Shown: positions 13,728-27,098 of the stretch, one piece after another | Layout: each line of letters begins with the position of its first letter | Numbering within the stretch: position 1 is the first letter of the stretch | From: Octopus sinensis | Lineage: Eukaryota | Direction of reading: 5' to 3' | DNA length: 64,000 nucleotides | Assembly (NCBI RefSeq): GCF_006345805.1 | Contig: NC_042998.1 | Coordinates: 110,484,001 to 110,548,000, forward strand | Program-made: the position numbers and the translations under genes | Notes under the pieces: generated by a model | What the model was told of the DNA's origin: nothing | The model's database searches: none | Seen by the model: only the letters and a program-made list of their open reading frames with translations

Positions 13728-14315
13728 TTCAGTAGTTTTATTTTTATAGCGTGCTTTCACTTCACTACCGAGCGCAGCTCTGTGTGCCTTGGGTATGTGC
13801 TGTGATTTGTTGTGATGCTCTGATGGTTATTGTATGGAAAGTGCTCTGCGTAGGATGTGTGCAGTGCCTAGTAGTGCAATTTTCTGTATGATATATGTGT
13901 TTGTAAGTCCTGGTATTTTTGTTATGTATTTGTCTGAATATTTTTTTATCATGCCTAATGCACCTACTATGATAGGAATTGTTTCTGTTTTCAGATTCCA
14001 CATTCTAGTTACCTCTATTTCCAGGTCTTTGTATTTTGAGAGTTTCTCCATTTCTTTTAGAGAACGTTGTCATCTGCCGGTATTGATACATCAATTAGAA
14101 AGCATTTTTTTCTTCATGATCTCTGACAACTATATCTGGTCTGTTGGCCTTAATTTCTCTATCTGTGTGTATCGGCATATCCCAGAGTATGGTTGCTTTC
14201 TCGTTTTCTGTAACCTTTTCTGGTGTGTGCCTATACCATCTTTTTTCTGTTGTTATTCCATAATGTTGGCATAGCTTCCAGTGTATGTAGGTTCCAACTC
14301 TGTCATGTCTGTGAA
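13728..14315 (-). mobile_element. Dong/R4-clade LINE, 5'-truncated 3' end (subfamily 1)
   Basis: ORF 13827-14051 (KLSKYKDLEIEVTRMW..LLGTAHILRRALSIQ). The 3' UTR is near-identical to 23717-23818 and abuts (ATT)n at 13678-13727. Confidence 0.92.
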
Positions 14316-14982
14316 TGTCTTCCCGACTCCTAGGGCAAAGAAACTCATAGTATACATTGGTAGGCCATTAAACCAAACTCAATAGTTCGTTCATTTTTTT
14401 TTTATTTTTTAAGTTAAATTAAAATACATGAGCAGCAACAATTCTCACATCGACAATGCTCTTCTCAATACATGTGATGTACCAGTTAAGACAATCTTTT
14501 GCACTTCTTGCAGGGATGGTAAGCCAGGGATCATTCTCATATAATTTTAGGTTCCCTTCTTGATCATTCCTAGTGCTCCTACGATCACTGGTATTGTAAC
14601 CGCCTTGAGATGCCACATTTTCTCAATTTCAATGAGTAGGTCTTTATATTTTCTGAGCTTGTCAAACTCTTTCGCTGAGATATTATGATCACAAGGGATG
14701 CTCATGTCGATCAATAAGCAAACTTTATTGTTTTGGTCTTTCACAACAATATCTGGTTTATTGGCCTTGATGGTTCGGTCTGTATGTACTGGAAAGTCCC
14801 ACAGAATGATTACATTTTCTCCTTCAGTTACAGCCTCAGGGTGGTGATTATACCACTTGTCGGCAGTTTTGATATTGTAATGCCGACTTATTAGCCAGTG
14901 TAGATATTGGCCAACTCTGTCATGTCTTAATTTATACTCCACTGGTGCTAAGACTTTACATCCAGAGATTAGATGGTCCACT
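14316..14982 (-). mobile_element. Dong/R4-clade LINE, 5'-truncated 3' end (subfamily 2)
   Basis: ORF 14547-14981: DHLISGC..RHDRV..LWDFPVHTDRTIKANKPDIVV..IDMSIP (restriction-like endonuclease). Its 5' end abuts a compound ATT/ACT/GTT tract. Confidence 0.9.
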
Positions 14983-15050
14983 ATTATTATTAATATTATT
15001 ACTACTACTACTACTACTACTACTACTATACTACTACTACTACTACTATT

Positions 15051-15081
<31 letters not shown>

Positions 15082-15528
15082 CTCTTGTTATTGTGATTTA
15101 ACTATGGATTACTTCTATTCTCATAATGACTTGCTTATCTTATGACGACATCGGTGAGAAAGCAATGTTCAAGGTGAAATGTGGCAAACATAGAGAAGAG
15201 ACGGCGAATGATGTCAAATTCTCTGATATGAAAATGAAGGGCAGATTTTAGTGTCAATGTCTTGTTGATAGAAAAGCGGTGAAAATTTCTTTGAAGAAGT
15301 GGCCATACCTGAATAAGTTCTCCTCAGCCGCAAATGCATCACCTGAGATAGAGTGTACATTAGTAAGGAAGAGTTTCTGTACCAACGAGTGCAATTAGAA
15401 CATCCTATATCATTTAATAAATAGTTGTGTCTATTTTTGACTATTTTCTGTATCAATAAATCTCTTATATATATATATGTGTGTGTGTGTGCGCGTGTGT
15501 GTATGCATATATGTATGTATGTATGCAT

Positions 15529-15570
<42 letters not shown>

Positions 15571-17689
15571 GCACATACATACATACATACATACATACAT
15601 ACATACATACATACATACATACATACATACATACATGCAAACGTATCGCACAATCTTCACAAATTATAAAATAATCTTTATGTAAATCTAAATAATAAAT
15701 TGCAAGTTATCCCTCTGCTTTAAGAGTGGAAATATTGATTTAAGATATCTAGATTATTTTGAATATTAATAATTTCATTGCACCAATATATGAATCAAGG
15801 AAGAATGTCTATACTTATTCAAAATGTGAATGGTTATTTTTAATCGTATTTCATATACCCTTTATGAATATATCTCTTAATATTTCAACGTCTTCAGGAT
15901 AATGATGTCGATGTAAGGAAGCCAACTATTTGTCTCATTTTGACAAAATAATATTCCTAATGGCACTTAACATGTAAAATATTTTCAAGTATTTTGTTAA
16001 TTGGTATAGTAAACGGTGAAGGGAATCAAGAGCTTTATACGATACCTTCGCTGCAGGTCATAATATACACATCTACGCACTAATGTGAAGCAAAAGTTGA
16101 AGACTAAATGACCGTATGTAGATCGAGACTCTTTATGGTTGAAAGGAGTGCTGACGGTCACCGAAGTTATCCTTTAATCATGTCTGCGTGATTCAAGCTG
16201 TTTGAGCGCTTTTGGCCATCAAACGAGGAAGTGTTTTCTTCTTGCAAAGAATTATCTTCACTTCACTTACTGACATGTTCAATAGGATTGTAAAATTTAT
16301 ACTGTGCTGTCATTTTCAGTCCTTATAATTTTGTGAGCTCAGTATTATTTCATTTTTTTCAAGCCCAGTGTAAATGATATTCTTCCTAGTTTTACTTGTA
16401 TGATTTCTCTCCCGAATTTAATGTTTTAATCCAGTACAGTTGTTTTTAATCCCAAATAGTATGATTTATTTCATTACGAATTTCTTGATATAGCCCAATA
16501 CCTAGTTTGCATAGAAGAATCTCATTTAACTGAACATTTTGTATAATACATTTTTCTGTCTCTGCGGATAATTTTTGGCTATTAATTTACTACTCGTCGC
16601 ACAAACGCAGTGACATTCCAGTAAATCCCATAACGGCATAAATAATGTGACTTTTACGATATTTTCTTGAGTAAATCGAGATACAACATGCTAAAAACTA
16701 CGCATAGTTATGTGAGATTTATATTACGATAAATAACAATCTGCAAAAAAATCATAATATCTCATCTATTAAAAGCATTAGTATTTAAGTGATTTAATTT
16801 CACCTTGTATACTTCTCAATAAAATATATTTGATTCACAGACAAATACACATATATTGCATACATCATACATATATACATATATAAACGCACATACATAC
16901 GCGGACGCACACAGGCACACATACACATATACACACACACTTATGTGCATACAAATGCATGTATAGCTATGTATATCTGTATCGATCAACACACACACAC
17001 ACATGTTAATACATACATAAATACGTACATTTACTCATATGTACTGACACCCACATATATGTATATAAATGTGTATGTATGTATGTGTGGGTGCGTGTGT
17101 ATGTGTGTGTAAGTAAGTATGTATATATATATATATGTACTTGAGCATGTAATTTCGTTTAAATGGCCTGCACATAATACTTAAAACATAACCAATTCTA
17201 GTTACGGAAATGCATGTGGTAATGTTTATGTGTTAATGTAGAGGTAAATAAAAATACGATTCACACACCATGTTATAGACACGTTTTTCATGTTAATATT
17301 AAATATATAAGAATGACGAATATATAAATGAAACATATATTTTCTTCAACATCAAATATATACCATGCAAATGAGATTATTTATGGTATAAAAATTTCTT
17401 CACTAATGAGTGAAGAGTGTAGTACACGGTACTTTTGTTGTATGTACTACATATTATTATTGAATAATTGAATAATTCCGCGTCAGATGTACGAAAAGTT
17501 TGTTCTATTACTTTTGCAAATAATAAATAATATGACATGCTCTCTTATGAGAGCAACAACCAAGGAAATGTTGTGACTACTATCAAGCCTCAGCGAATTA
17601 TATATAGTAAATATAGAGGAAAACGTAGAAAAGATTGGTCTAATACAGAATTGTAACAGGTGACATCTAAATCTATTTACGTCAGGATT

Positions 17690-18026
17690 TGGTGCTGTTT
17701 GAAGCTTTCGCAGAAAACTATCATTGCTTTTGAAATGAGATGGACCAATAATTGAGTAGATGCATCTCTATCTGCCAAGATTACATATTTCAGTAATTGA
17801 CCAGTTAATGATATTGAAACTGTTAAGTCATGACCAGTATGGCTAAAGTATTCGTCACTTCGATCCTGTTTCGTGAATTCAGCTCTCTCTTGGGTATTGC
17901 CCTTACCCTGCAGTAATATTCTCTTCTGATCCTTTCTCTCATCATGGAATGCTTGATCCCATCACATTGAAATACCCCTAGGTATGTGTCAATTTTTTTA
18001 CTATTTTCTGCATCAGTAAATCTCTC

Positions 18027-18084
<58 letters not shown>

Positions 18085-18690
18085 TATATATATTTATATA
18101 TGTATTGTTGAGAGAGGTATGAAAGCTAGACAAAAGAGGAGTAGTGATAGAGAGTCACTCTGGAAAATGCCACATGAAATTCTTACATCTAAAGCATTGA
18201 GAGATTCATTGTCACTGTTGAAAGTCACCGTGGTTCTCCATGATCTATTTATAGACAAGAAGCTTTGGAGAGTAGGTGCTATTCTATACGTTTTCAGACA
18301 TTTCTTAATGCAGCTATGTGGTAGCCTATCAAAAGTTACTTTTATAATCTACTCAGGCTATCGACAAGTTTTTGTGTCGTTTGTGACCATTTTCCAAGAT
18401 CATCTTATTGATGGGTAGCTGATCATTGCAAAGATAAGACCCATGTTTACATCCTTTTTACTCATTTTTCTTTTAAAAAACTATAGGTATATTTAGTCAA
18501 GACAGATGTTAGTATTTTATACATTGTTGTTGAGCAGGTTATGTGTCTATAATTTTTCTTTCGTTTCGTTTGTTTCTTCATTTTTTGGCAGTAGGAATGA
18601 TACACCATTAACTAGACACGAGGGAATCATACTAGGTTGTAATATCTGCTTCATAACTCGTCCATACATTTGATGTTGCCTCTCTTCAAG
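17690..18690 (-). mobile_element. Old Dong/R4 RT fragments (domains 1-4 and thumb), split by a (TA)n insertion at ~17990-18100
   Basis: KNYRHITCSTTMYKILTS, ISCGIFQSDSLSLLLFCL and TYLGVFQCDGIKHSMMRERIRREYY by manual translation. Confidence 0.8.
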
Positions 18691-19065
18691 ACTAACACAC
18701 CAAACCTTTACAGTCCGAACTCCATTCTGATATCAGCACTGAAAGTATACACAGTATCAACTAAGCAACTGACTTAGGATTCATCTTTACCATAAAGTTT
18801 GAGGCCAACCATGAACAATAAGTAGTTAACTTTTTGTTGGCGGCTTTTGAATACATTCCCAGCTTTTGGTTTCCTCAGAATCAGTGTTAGTGGTATGATG
18901 CTCAGTATAAAGATCAGTAGAGACAGGCAGTCCCCTTAGAAGATACCTCTCCTGATTTCTAATGTCCCTAAACTTCTTTCATATGCCGTCAGTTCCGTCC
19001 TCTACATCACCATACGTTTTCCAAGCAATCGCTTAACATTCAATGCAATACCAAATATGTTTATA
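18690..19065 (-). mobile_element. Dong/R4 RT fragment, domains 4-7 (left half of the inversion-broken element)
   Basis: NIFGIALNV..RTELTAYERSLGTLEIRRGIF*GDCLSLLIF..LLFMVGLKLYG..DIRMEFGL. Confidence 0.85.
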
Positions 19066-19070
19066 CATAT

Positions 19071-19850
19071 TCCAACCGAATATCCCGGGGAATTTTGTTG
19101 TAAATTTTCTTGCATGAGTCGCATTTGAAATTCAACTTTTATTTCAGCCCACTTTTGGTGCCGGGTGTCTCTCATAGTCATAATATCCCCGTACTCTTCC
19201 AACATTATTCTAAAGTAATTGAAGTTTATTTCCGGAGGAATATTGTTTAGTCTTCCTAAATAGGACGGTATGAGGATATTCTCAGAGGAGCAGGTAACCT
19301 TGACTATTTTCATAGCCTCTTCTTTCTTAGAGCAGAATACTTTTACCATCCTTAGTAGTTTATTTCTTCTTAGATAGAACACTGATCCCCACACCCACTT
19401 TAAGCATTTTTCAGCAAGTGTTTGACTTGGATTTTCGATCTTTCTACTTTTTTCTTGCTGATACACGAGCGTCTTTTTTTAAAATTTTTCTTCCTGCGAA
19501 AGTACGATCAGATTCGGTTTGGTTAATCAGGGCCGATGTTTCAGGCTGATGTCCTTGTTGCCTTCCAACACTATATTAATCTACATTTGATTTACAGTAG
19601 TACACAGTAGTCCTGGGTTTGAGGTTGCTTCGGATTTGCTGTTGGTTGCTTTTGATGTTATCATCGTCGTCGTTGTTATTATTGTTGTGATAGTTGTATT
19701 TTTTATATTTTTTTTTGCTTTTTGCTTTTATTGTTATTCTTTTTATTACTGTTGCTGCCGGCGGTTTTGATATTGTAGTTCTTGATTTCCTTGTTGTTCA
19801 TTGTTGTGTTGTTGTAGTTGGTAGTGGTGATGCTTGCGTTAGAACTGAAA
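19071..19850 (-). mobile_element. Tx1/L1-like ORF1 N-terminal part (inverted segment)
   Basis: ILIPSYLGRLNNIPPEI..LEEYGDI resembles P.Y.GRK..V.V..IPP in the ORF1-only elements at 36 kb and 60 kb. Confidence 0.65.
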
Positions 19851-20335
19851 CAAACAGTAGTCTGTCCAAAACAGGCAGAACTACTAGCCATTTCAGTTAG
19901 GGAAGCGAAAGCAATCAGCAAAAGAAAAAAATTGGTAATTGTAAGGCCCCGGGAACAGCGGGAGTTCAATGCTAAGGGATCAAAAGTTTTGGTGAACGTC
20001 ATATATGAATAGCTGCACAACTCAGCGCCTTGTTTAATGCCGATCAAGTAACACCAATGTGGTTGACAATGGGTAGAACATCGGAAAAAGCAATACGGTA
20101 GATCATTACAGGCCGATATCCTGTTTACCACTTATGAGGACATTTGCAATAGCCACAATGTATGGACATCTGGGGAAAGAATGGATTCCTGCCACATGAG
20201 TAGAAGGGTTGCAAGCGTAAGTGCAGAGGTAGCAAATATCAGCTCCTAGTAGATGGAACTGTACTTAGAGACTGCAAAAGAAGGAAAACTAACTTAGCTA
20301 TGTCATGGGTCGATTATCGTAAGGCGTACGATATG
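19830..20335 (+). mobile_element. Dong/R4 RT fragment, domains 0-3 (inverted segment)
   Basis: KAPG..GIKSFG..WLTMGRT..; [44 protein letters not shown]. Confidence 0.85.
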
Positions 20336-21360
20336 AAGTACGGCAGGAAGTTCAAGTATTACACGTGTGGAAGCACAAATCACCAGAATGTGTTCTGTTC
20401 CCGTTCCAATTAACTAAAACTTATTTATTGTACAAGCCACAGGAACAAAATCAACAACTTCACCACCAACAACAGGAACTTCAAATAGAGTGCAAAAACC
20501 AAATGAGCTTCCACCTTTCTCTGCTGAATCATCATAAATAATGAATTAAACAGTGGTGGGACTCAGAGGGTAGCAGGTGGCCACCAGAAAGGCCCGAAAA
20601 CAAAGGGCAAAATGTCGAAAATCCATCACAAAATATTCAAGACTATAGGACACACCACAAAACACCCGAAATTTACACACATGCACCGAACATGCACCGA
20701 AACAACAGCAAGAACAGCAAAAACAACAAACCACAAAGCAATAATTACATGAAAATATACACACACTCAACAAGAATAACAAAACGCACAAACGTAACAA
20801 GAAAACACATAAACACAAATACAGAACAACGAAATCATCAAAAGAAAGAACGAAGCCCACATATTCAAAACAGTGATAAAGAAGAACAAGAACAACAAGG
20901 AGTTAATGGGCTACGTATGAAAGCATCACAAACACGAAATAAAAACAGAATGGGGAGAATTCAAAACACCTAAAGTGAGATTCCTAATAAAAACATCAAG
21001 TCAAATCTAGCACGTCCTCCTCAACAACTCCCCAGGGAACGTGGAATATTTCAGAAAATCAGTATATACAACTTTATTAGAAGAGCATTTCAAGGGAAAC
21101 CTACCTGAAAGGGACACAAACCATACGCAATTCAAAGTGATGTACGTGAGTGATCTCTCCCTTTATTTTCTCCAATAAATACAGTGGCACTCACAGTATG
21201 ATGTATCAATGTACGTTGTCCAGGGTCGGCTTGGAAGCACAGTAACTTACTCAACGAGATCAGATCACTGGACGTATATGTAGTAGCCATTGCTGAAACG
21301 GGAATGATTTTGTCGCTTGAAGCTCGGCAGCATCTATCCGGTGCTCTATGGTCCACAGTT
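20336..21360 (+). mobile_element. Tx1/L1-like ORF1 zinc knuckle and C-terminus, plus start of the ORF2 APE endonuclease
   Basis: MKYGRKFK(Y)[13 protein letters not shown] (degenerate CX2CX4HX4C, 20333-20396) and CINVRCPGSAWKHSNLLNEIRSLDVYVVAIAET (~21200-21300; typical INVRG...DV..IQET start of APE). Confidence 0.7.
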
Positions 21361-21809
21361 TAATACTATTATTATACACTTTCGTGTTTTCACAATTCCA
21401 TATAGTAGGATAACATTTATTCCTTATTAATGTTTTTATTTTTTTATTTTTAGGAAAATCCCCATCTTGCGATGGAGAATTTTGAGGCAAACTCTTTTAG
21501 CCCTAGTCAGTCCTGGAATGAGAGAAGGACCAACATCATTAATGTAATGAAATAATGTTATAAAGATATAAATATTTGCAACAAAACAAATAAAAAAATT
21601 AAGATACGTAAAATAACGGAGTTCTGAAATAATTACCTCAATTAATGTTTCTATTTATTGTTGCAAGACAAGCAGGCACCAAGTTTATAATTTGTGGGTA
21701 GAGCAGTTTCTTGTTATCTCTTATTACGTATTTTTTATACTTCTGGAAATTCTCACATTAAATATGTTATTCTTATATTTAAACAGTTTTCAAATGCAAG
21801 ATAATAATA

Positions 21810-22015
21810 ATAGTTCTTTCTACTGCAGGCACTGGACCTGAAATTTATTGAGGAGATGGTTAGTCTATTACATCGACCCGACTGCTCAACTGGTACTTAT
21901 TTTATCAACCCTGAAAGGATAAAAAGGAAAGTGGACCTCGGCAGAATTTGAAAACAGATGAAATAACGCTAAGTATTTTGACCAGTGTGCTACTGTTCTG
22001 CCATGTCGCCACCCT
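21810..22015 (-). mobile_element. SINE family A (diverged)
   Basis: ctgaaaggataaaaaggaaagtggacctcggcagaatttgaa..ctgccatgtcgcc. Confidence 0.75.
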
Positions 22016-22032
22016 AATAATAATAATAATAA

Positions 22033-22069
<37 letters not shown>

Positions 22070-22085
22070 GTAATAATAATAATAA

Positions 22086-23818
22086 GTGCTTGGCACTGTC
22101 ACCTCTATCTGATATGCTAAATAGAACTGGATGCGGATATAAATGTTACGGCAAAACGATCAGCCACCTTTTATATATGGATGACCTAAAACTATACGCT
22201 GCAAATGACAAACAGCTGGAAACACTATTAAAGACAGTTCATGGATTTACCAAAGAAATAGATATGAAATTTGGATTAGAAAAATGCGCCAAAGTAACCA
22301 TGAAAAGAGGAAAACTAGTTAAGAGTAACAACATCACACTAGATGAAGCAAATGAAATAAAAGAATTAGACCAAAGCCAAACTTACAAATACTTAGGAAT
22401 CCATGAACTAGATAAGACACAACACACACAAATGAAAGAGAAAATTAAAAAAAGAATATTATAGACGAGTTAGATCAATACTAAACACAGAGCTCAATGC
22501 TAAAAACAAGATAATAGGTATCAACACTTTAGCTGTCCCAGTTATAAGTTACAGCTACAATACCTTAAATGGACACGAAATGAACTGACCAAAATAGATA
22601 GGAAAACAAGAAAAATAATGACAGGATCTAGGATGAAAGACTATATATACAACGTATAGAAGGTGGTAGAGGCCTTATACAGCTGGAAAACTACTACTAA
22701 AATAACCACCATAGGACTGCAAAAAAATCTACTTCAGAAGGAAGGAAAACTGATCCAGATAGCGGCAAAAACGAGCAAAACAAAAAACTGTTCTCAGTAT
22801 TTAAGGAAGCTGACAAATACAAACAAGAAATCATACCACCTAATAAACATGAAGAAGAAGAAGAAGATGAAAGAAACAACAAAAAGCTATAAACAAATGA
22901 AATCCAAACTAAAAAAAATAGAACAGCAACGAACCATGATAAAACGATGGCAAGAAAGAAAAAGCCCTTCATGGTAAATACTGGACTAAACTAAACGCAA
23001 AAGAAATAGACAAAGAAAAATCCCAGCAATGGTTGAGAAGCTCAGGACTCAAAGCAGAAACAGAGGGATTTTTAATTGCAGCACAAGACCAAAGCCTCCC
23101 ACCAGAATTACCAAAACACGTAATGAAAAGAAATATTACAAGTAACTGCAGAATATGTGGAGATGGACAAGAAACAATAAATCATATTATCTCTAGCTGC
23201 CCAGTCCTGGCTAAGAAGGAATATATTCACAGACATGACAGAGTTGGAACCTACATACATTGGAAGCTATGCCAACATTATGGAATAACAACAGAAAAAA
23301 GATGGCATAGGCACACACCAGAAAAGGTCACAGAAAACGAGAAAGCAACCATACTCTGGGATATGACGATACACACAGATAGAGAAATTAAGGCCAACAG
23401 ACCAGATATAGTAGTCAGAGACCATGAAGAAAAAAAATGCTTTCTAATTGATGTATCAATACCGGCTGATGACAACGTGTCTCTAAAAGAAATGGAGAAA
23501 CTCTCAAAATACAAAGACCTGGAAATAGAGGTAACTAGAATGTGGAATCTGAAAACAGAAACAATTCCTATCATAGTAGGTGCATTAGGCATGGTAAAAA
23601 AATATTCAGACAAATACATAACAAAAACACCAGGACTTACAAACACATATAACATACAGAAAATTGCACTACTAGGCACTGCACACATCCTACGCAGAAC
23701 ACTTTCCATACAATAACCATCAGAGCATCACAACAAATCACAGCACATACCCAAGGCACACAGAGCTGCGCTCGGTAGTGAAGTGAAAGCACGCTATAAA
23801 AATAAAAATAAAACTACT
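22086..23818 (+). mobile_element. 5'-truncated Dong/R4-clade LINE (RT domains 5-7, thumb, CCHC finger, RLE, 3' UTR) inserted in (TAA)n
   Basis: YMDDLKLYA (RT), YKYLGI, CRICGDGQETINHIISSC and ANRPDIVV..FLIDVSIP across ORFs 22090-22464 and 23033-23716, with a few frameshifts; (TAA)n on both flanks. Confidence 0.95.
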
Positions 23819-24299
23819 GAATAATAATAATAATAATAATAATAGTAATCTTCGACGGCGGCGAGGTGGCACCTCTCCCCAAGAACTTCAGGCCTTGTGC
23901 TATTAGTAGAATGGATTATCATTATTATTACAGAATCGTTACTGAGCCGCACAAAGTGATAGAGAGAAATAAACTAGAGAAAGAGCTGGTAGTAAACTAG
24001 AAGAGGCAATGAGAAGTGATATCACAACGTATTAGCGGCAAGGATGGCTCTCGATCATTTATCTAATGCGGAACACGAAAACTGCGTTGTCAAGACTAGA
24101 GATCGTGCGTTAAAACAAAAAGAAACGAAAGTCATCGGATGGAGGTATGACTTGGTAACAAAATCACAACTCTTTAACATATCAGGATGGGCGCTTAATG
24201 TGGGGTGCCAAGCAGTACGAGGATTTCCAGCAGCACTTTGCCCAAATCTTCCGAGAAATCGATAGTTCACAAAGAATTATGGACTTTATTACCTATATC

Positions 24300-25355
24300 G
24301 TCAACAACTCTCGGAAGAATAGGCTAGGTGTTGTAAAAGTTTAATAACAGCAACTAAAATACGAGAAATATTGAGTTTAAAATTTTGGTAAAGTTGTAAG
24401 AAAAGAAGTTGGCGCTTGTCGGGGACACTTTGGTCGTAGAAGGTCAGACGTTTGCGAATCTCATGGATAGCAAATCTGTTATCGGTGGGGCCCTAATCAA
24501 TTTAGATTAATCTAAAGCTTTCTATAGGGCCGACCATCGCTACTCATATAGAGTTAATGGATCTAAGAAATGATCAGCTTATGCGTAGCAGAAAGATCTC
24601 ACATTCTTCTTAGATCGAGCAATTCAAATACAATTCTTCTAAGCCGTATCATAAGCCAAACTAGAAATTCTCATACATACATAAACAGTCCTGTAATATC
24701 CCTATGATCTTCAAAAACCTGATAGCTAACATTAGCAATAAGATCTAGCGTCTTCTAAACAAATATTTGACAAGGCATACCCCTACTATAAGTATGTCCT
24801 AGGTAACAGCGGCTTCAAACTTTTTTTAAATATGGATCGTAAAAATATACCAAACATAGACCATAGAAAATAATTTGGTTCGACTCTTCTTTCTTCCTAA
24901 ATGTTAAGACTAACATAAACAAGAAATTCCTGTCTCTTTTAGATAAACATTTTACAATATATTATAAATACAGGAAAATATTCAACGGACGATCACTTAA
25001 AATACCATACACCTGTTGCCCTAATATGAAGAACATTATAACTCGTAAAAATCAAAAAGAGACCTTTCACAGTTGTAACTATCGACATTCTGAAGCTAGC
25101 CCGCTTTACCAGACGTGTATGATAAACTCCGTCATATACGAGGCTGAAGTAAGTTTCAATTATACATCAAAATATATCAAGTGAAAATAAAGGATTACGT
25201 CAGGTTATGCGAGGGCGAATTCAAGAGATATTAATGCAAACTGCTTGTCTACTTTCCGGCACATCGATAAAAGTAATGCAGCTAAGTTGGTTATCCCTGT
25301 ATAGAATTTGAAGAGCAGCCCCACACCACATACAATTAAGTGGAGAATAGTGGAT
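24300..25355 (+). mobile_element. Penelope-like element relic (RT thumb, linker, GIY-YIG endonuclease)
   Basis: KPYHKPN (24641), IIWFDSS (24869), KFLSLLDKHF, CCPNMKNII (25014), LCEGEFKR (25205), IKWRIV (25335). Confidence 0.85.
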
Positions 25356-26704
25356 CTTAGTTTTCTTGATTGTATTAATTTCTTCTCGCTCCATATTTTG
25401 CCCCAACCTTCTTCACATCTTTCCTACGTATTTTCTTATTTTCTCTGTCCAGCGCCCTTGTTTTTAAAACATATATAATGCATAAGATATATATAACGTA
25501 TAAAGAGCCTAAAAGATTGCCTTTAGATACATAACGTATTTATAAGTATGCCTGTTCAGGTATCATAAATATCAAGTATCATAACTATTAGTAGCACTTA
25601 GCACTTTCTGGTGTGTATTTAATTGATATTTATCAAAAAAGCGTCCGATTCCAACGCACGGCATTAGGAACAAGTGATTTGACCATAACTGCAGCTTTCC
25701 CTAAAACTTTTGATTGTATATAATTAATTGCAGAATCCTGTCGATTAATCTGTTTCTGGAATTCTTATATTCCAGCTTTGATACATCTTTGTCACTCTGA
25801 TCCAAATTGTAGATGAGAATTACGTAAAAGATACATGTCTGTGGAATGCTAACCAGCTTTGCTCACTAATTCAATAAATATATCGCCTAGTCCATCAGTC
25901 ATACTGTATCGACAGGAGAGCCATATGTGTATGTTTATTGGTCAGGAAAGTTACAAGCCCTGCATGGAATAAGGAATTCCACCCTGGTTCCGTAAGAAAT
26001 ATGTGTATCTTTAACACGTTGACACCACGACTTTCGTACATTGCAAGATCGATAAACTAGGGGTCAAAAAAATGAACTGAGCATTATACAATCAACGATT
26101 GAAGACGTAAATGTGTTACAGCTACATAAAAGAAATCAATTAGAAGAGTAAAATAAATAGGGAATTAGAGTAACAAAATTAAATAACAAACGCTATACAA
26201 AGACAAACATTTTTAGTATGTATTACTGCACTACGAACAAAAATATTCGACATTAGCTGGCTTTATTCAAAGTGTTCCAACGTCGTTTCTCCAATATATA
26301 ACTCATGAATGCTTTGGATAAAATCGACAGTCAGAAGGTCAAAAAGAACATTCCGGAAAATATCACACAGAAAGAACGAAATATTTATTTATTTATTTAT
26401 ATATATATATATTCATTCATTCATTCCATATCAGAATTTTTTGTGAATGTTTTCGACAGGTCAGTCATTGATGTACTGCATTCAATATAAATATTAATAT
26501 AAATTTATGTATGTGTATGTGTAGGTGCTTGTGGGTATGTCTGTTGTGTGTATGTATGTGCTCATATTTCTGTATGTTTATGTATATGTGTAGTTATGAG
26601 GGTGATTAATTTGTTTTTAATATTTTATAGTGAGTCGTACTTTTGAGACTCTTTCATTATTTCAAGGTACCAAAAAAGTTTAATGTTTTTGTCTCATCCC
26701 TTTA

Positions 26705-26732
26705 GCTTTAGCTTTATGCATATATATATAAA

Positions 26733-26814
<82 letters not shown>

Positions 26815-26819
26815 ATCTA

Positions 26820-26870
<51 letters not shown>
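26705..26870. repeat. (TATC)n/(TA)n microsatellite
   Basis: Directly visible. Confidence 0.97.
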
Positions 26871-26872
<2 letters not shown>

Positions 26873-27062
26873 GTGGTGGTGCGCGTGTCTGTGTGTACAG
26901 TGTTTGAAGTAGTGTACATATATTCTATATTGAGAATAAGGAGGCTGTCAAAATTTTGGATAATTCTTTATTAGAGCTTTCGTTCGTTTATCGATCTCGT
27001 CAAGACCAGATCAAAATTATATATATATATATATATATAATATATATATATATTATATATAT

Positions 27063-27097
<35 letters not shown>

Positions 27098-27098
27098 C

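Noticed and set aside
16271-16740. Minus-strand segment with good acceptor and GTAAGT donor
   Set aside because: Stops in all three frames; could be a non-coding exon but is unsupported.
19515-19570. Hammerhead-like GGC..GCC-T-GAAAC on the minus strand
   Set aside because: Core absent; it lies inside the upstream part of the Tx1-like ORF1, so probably chance.
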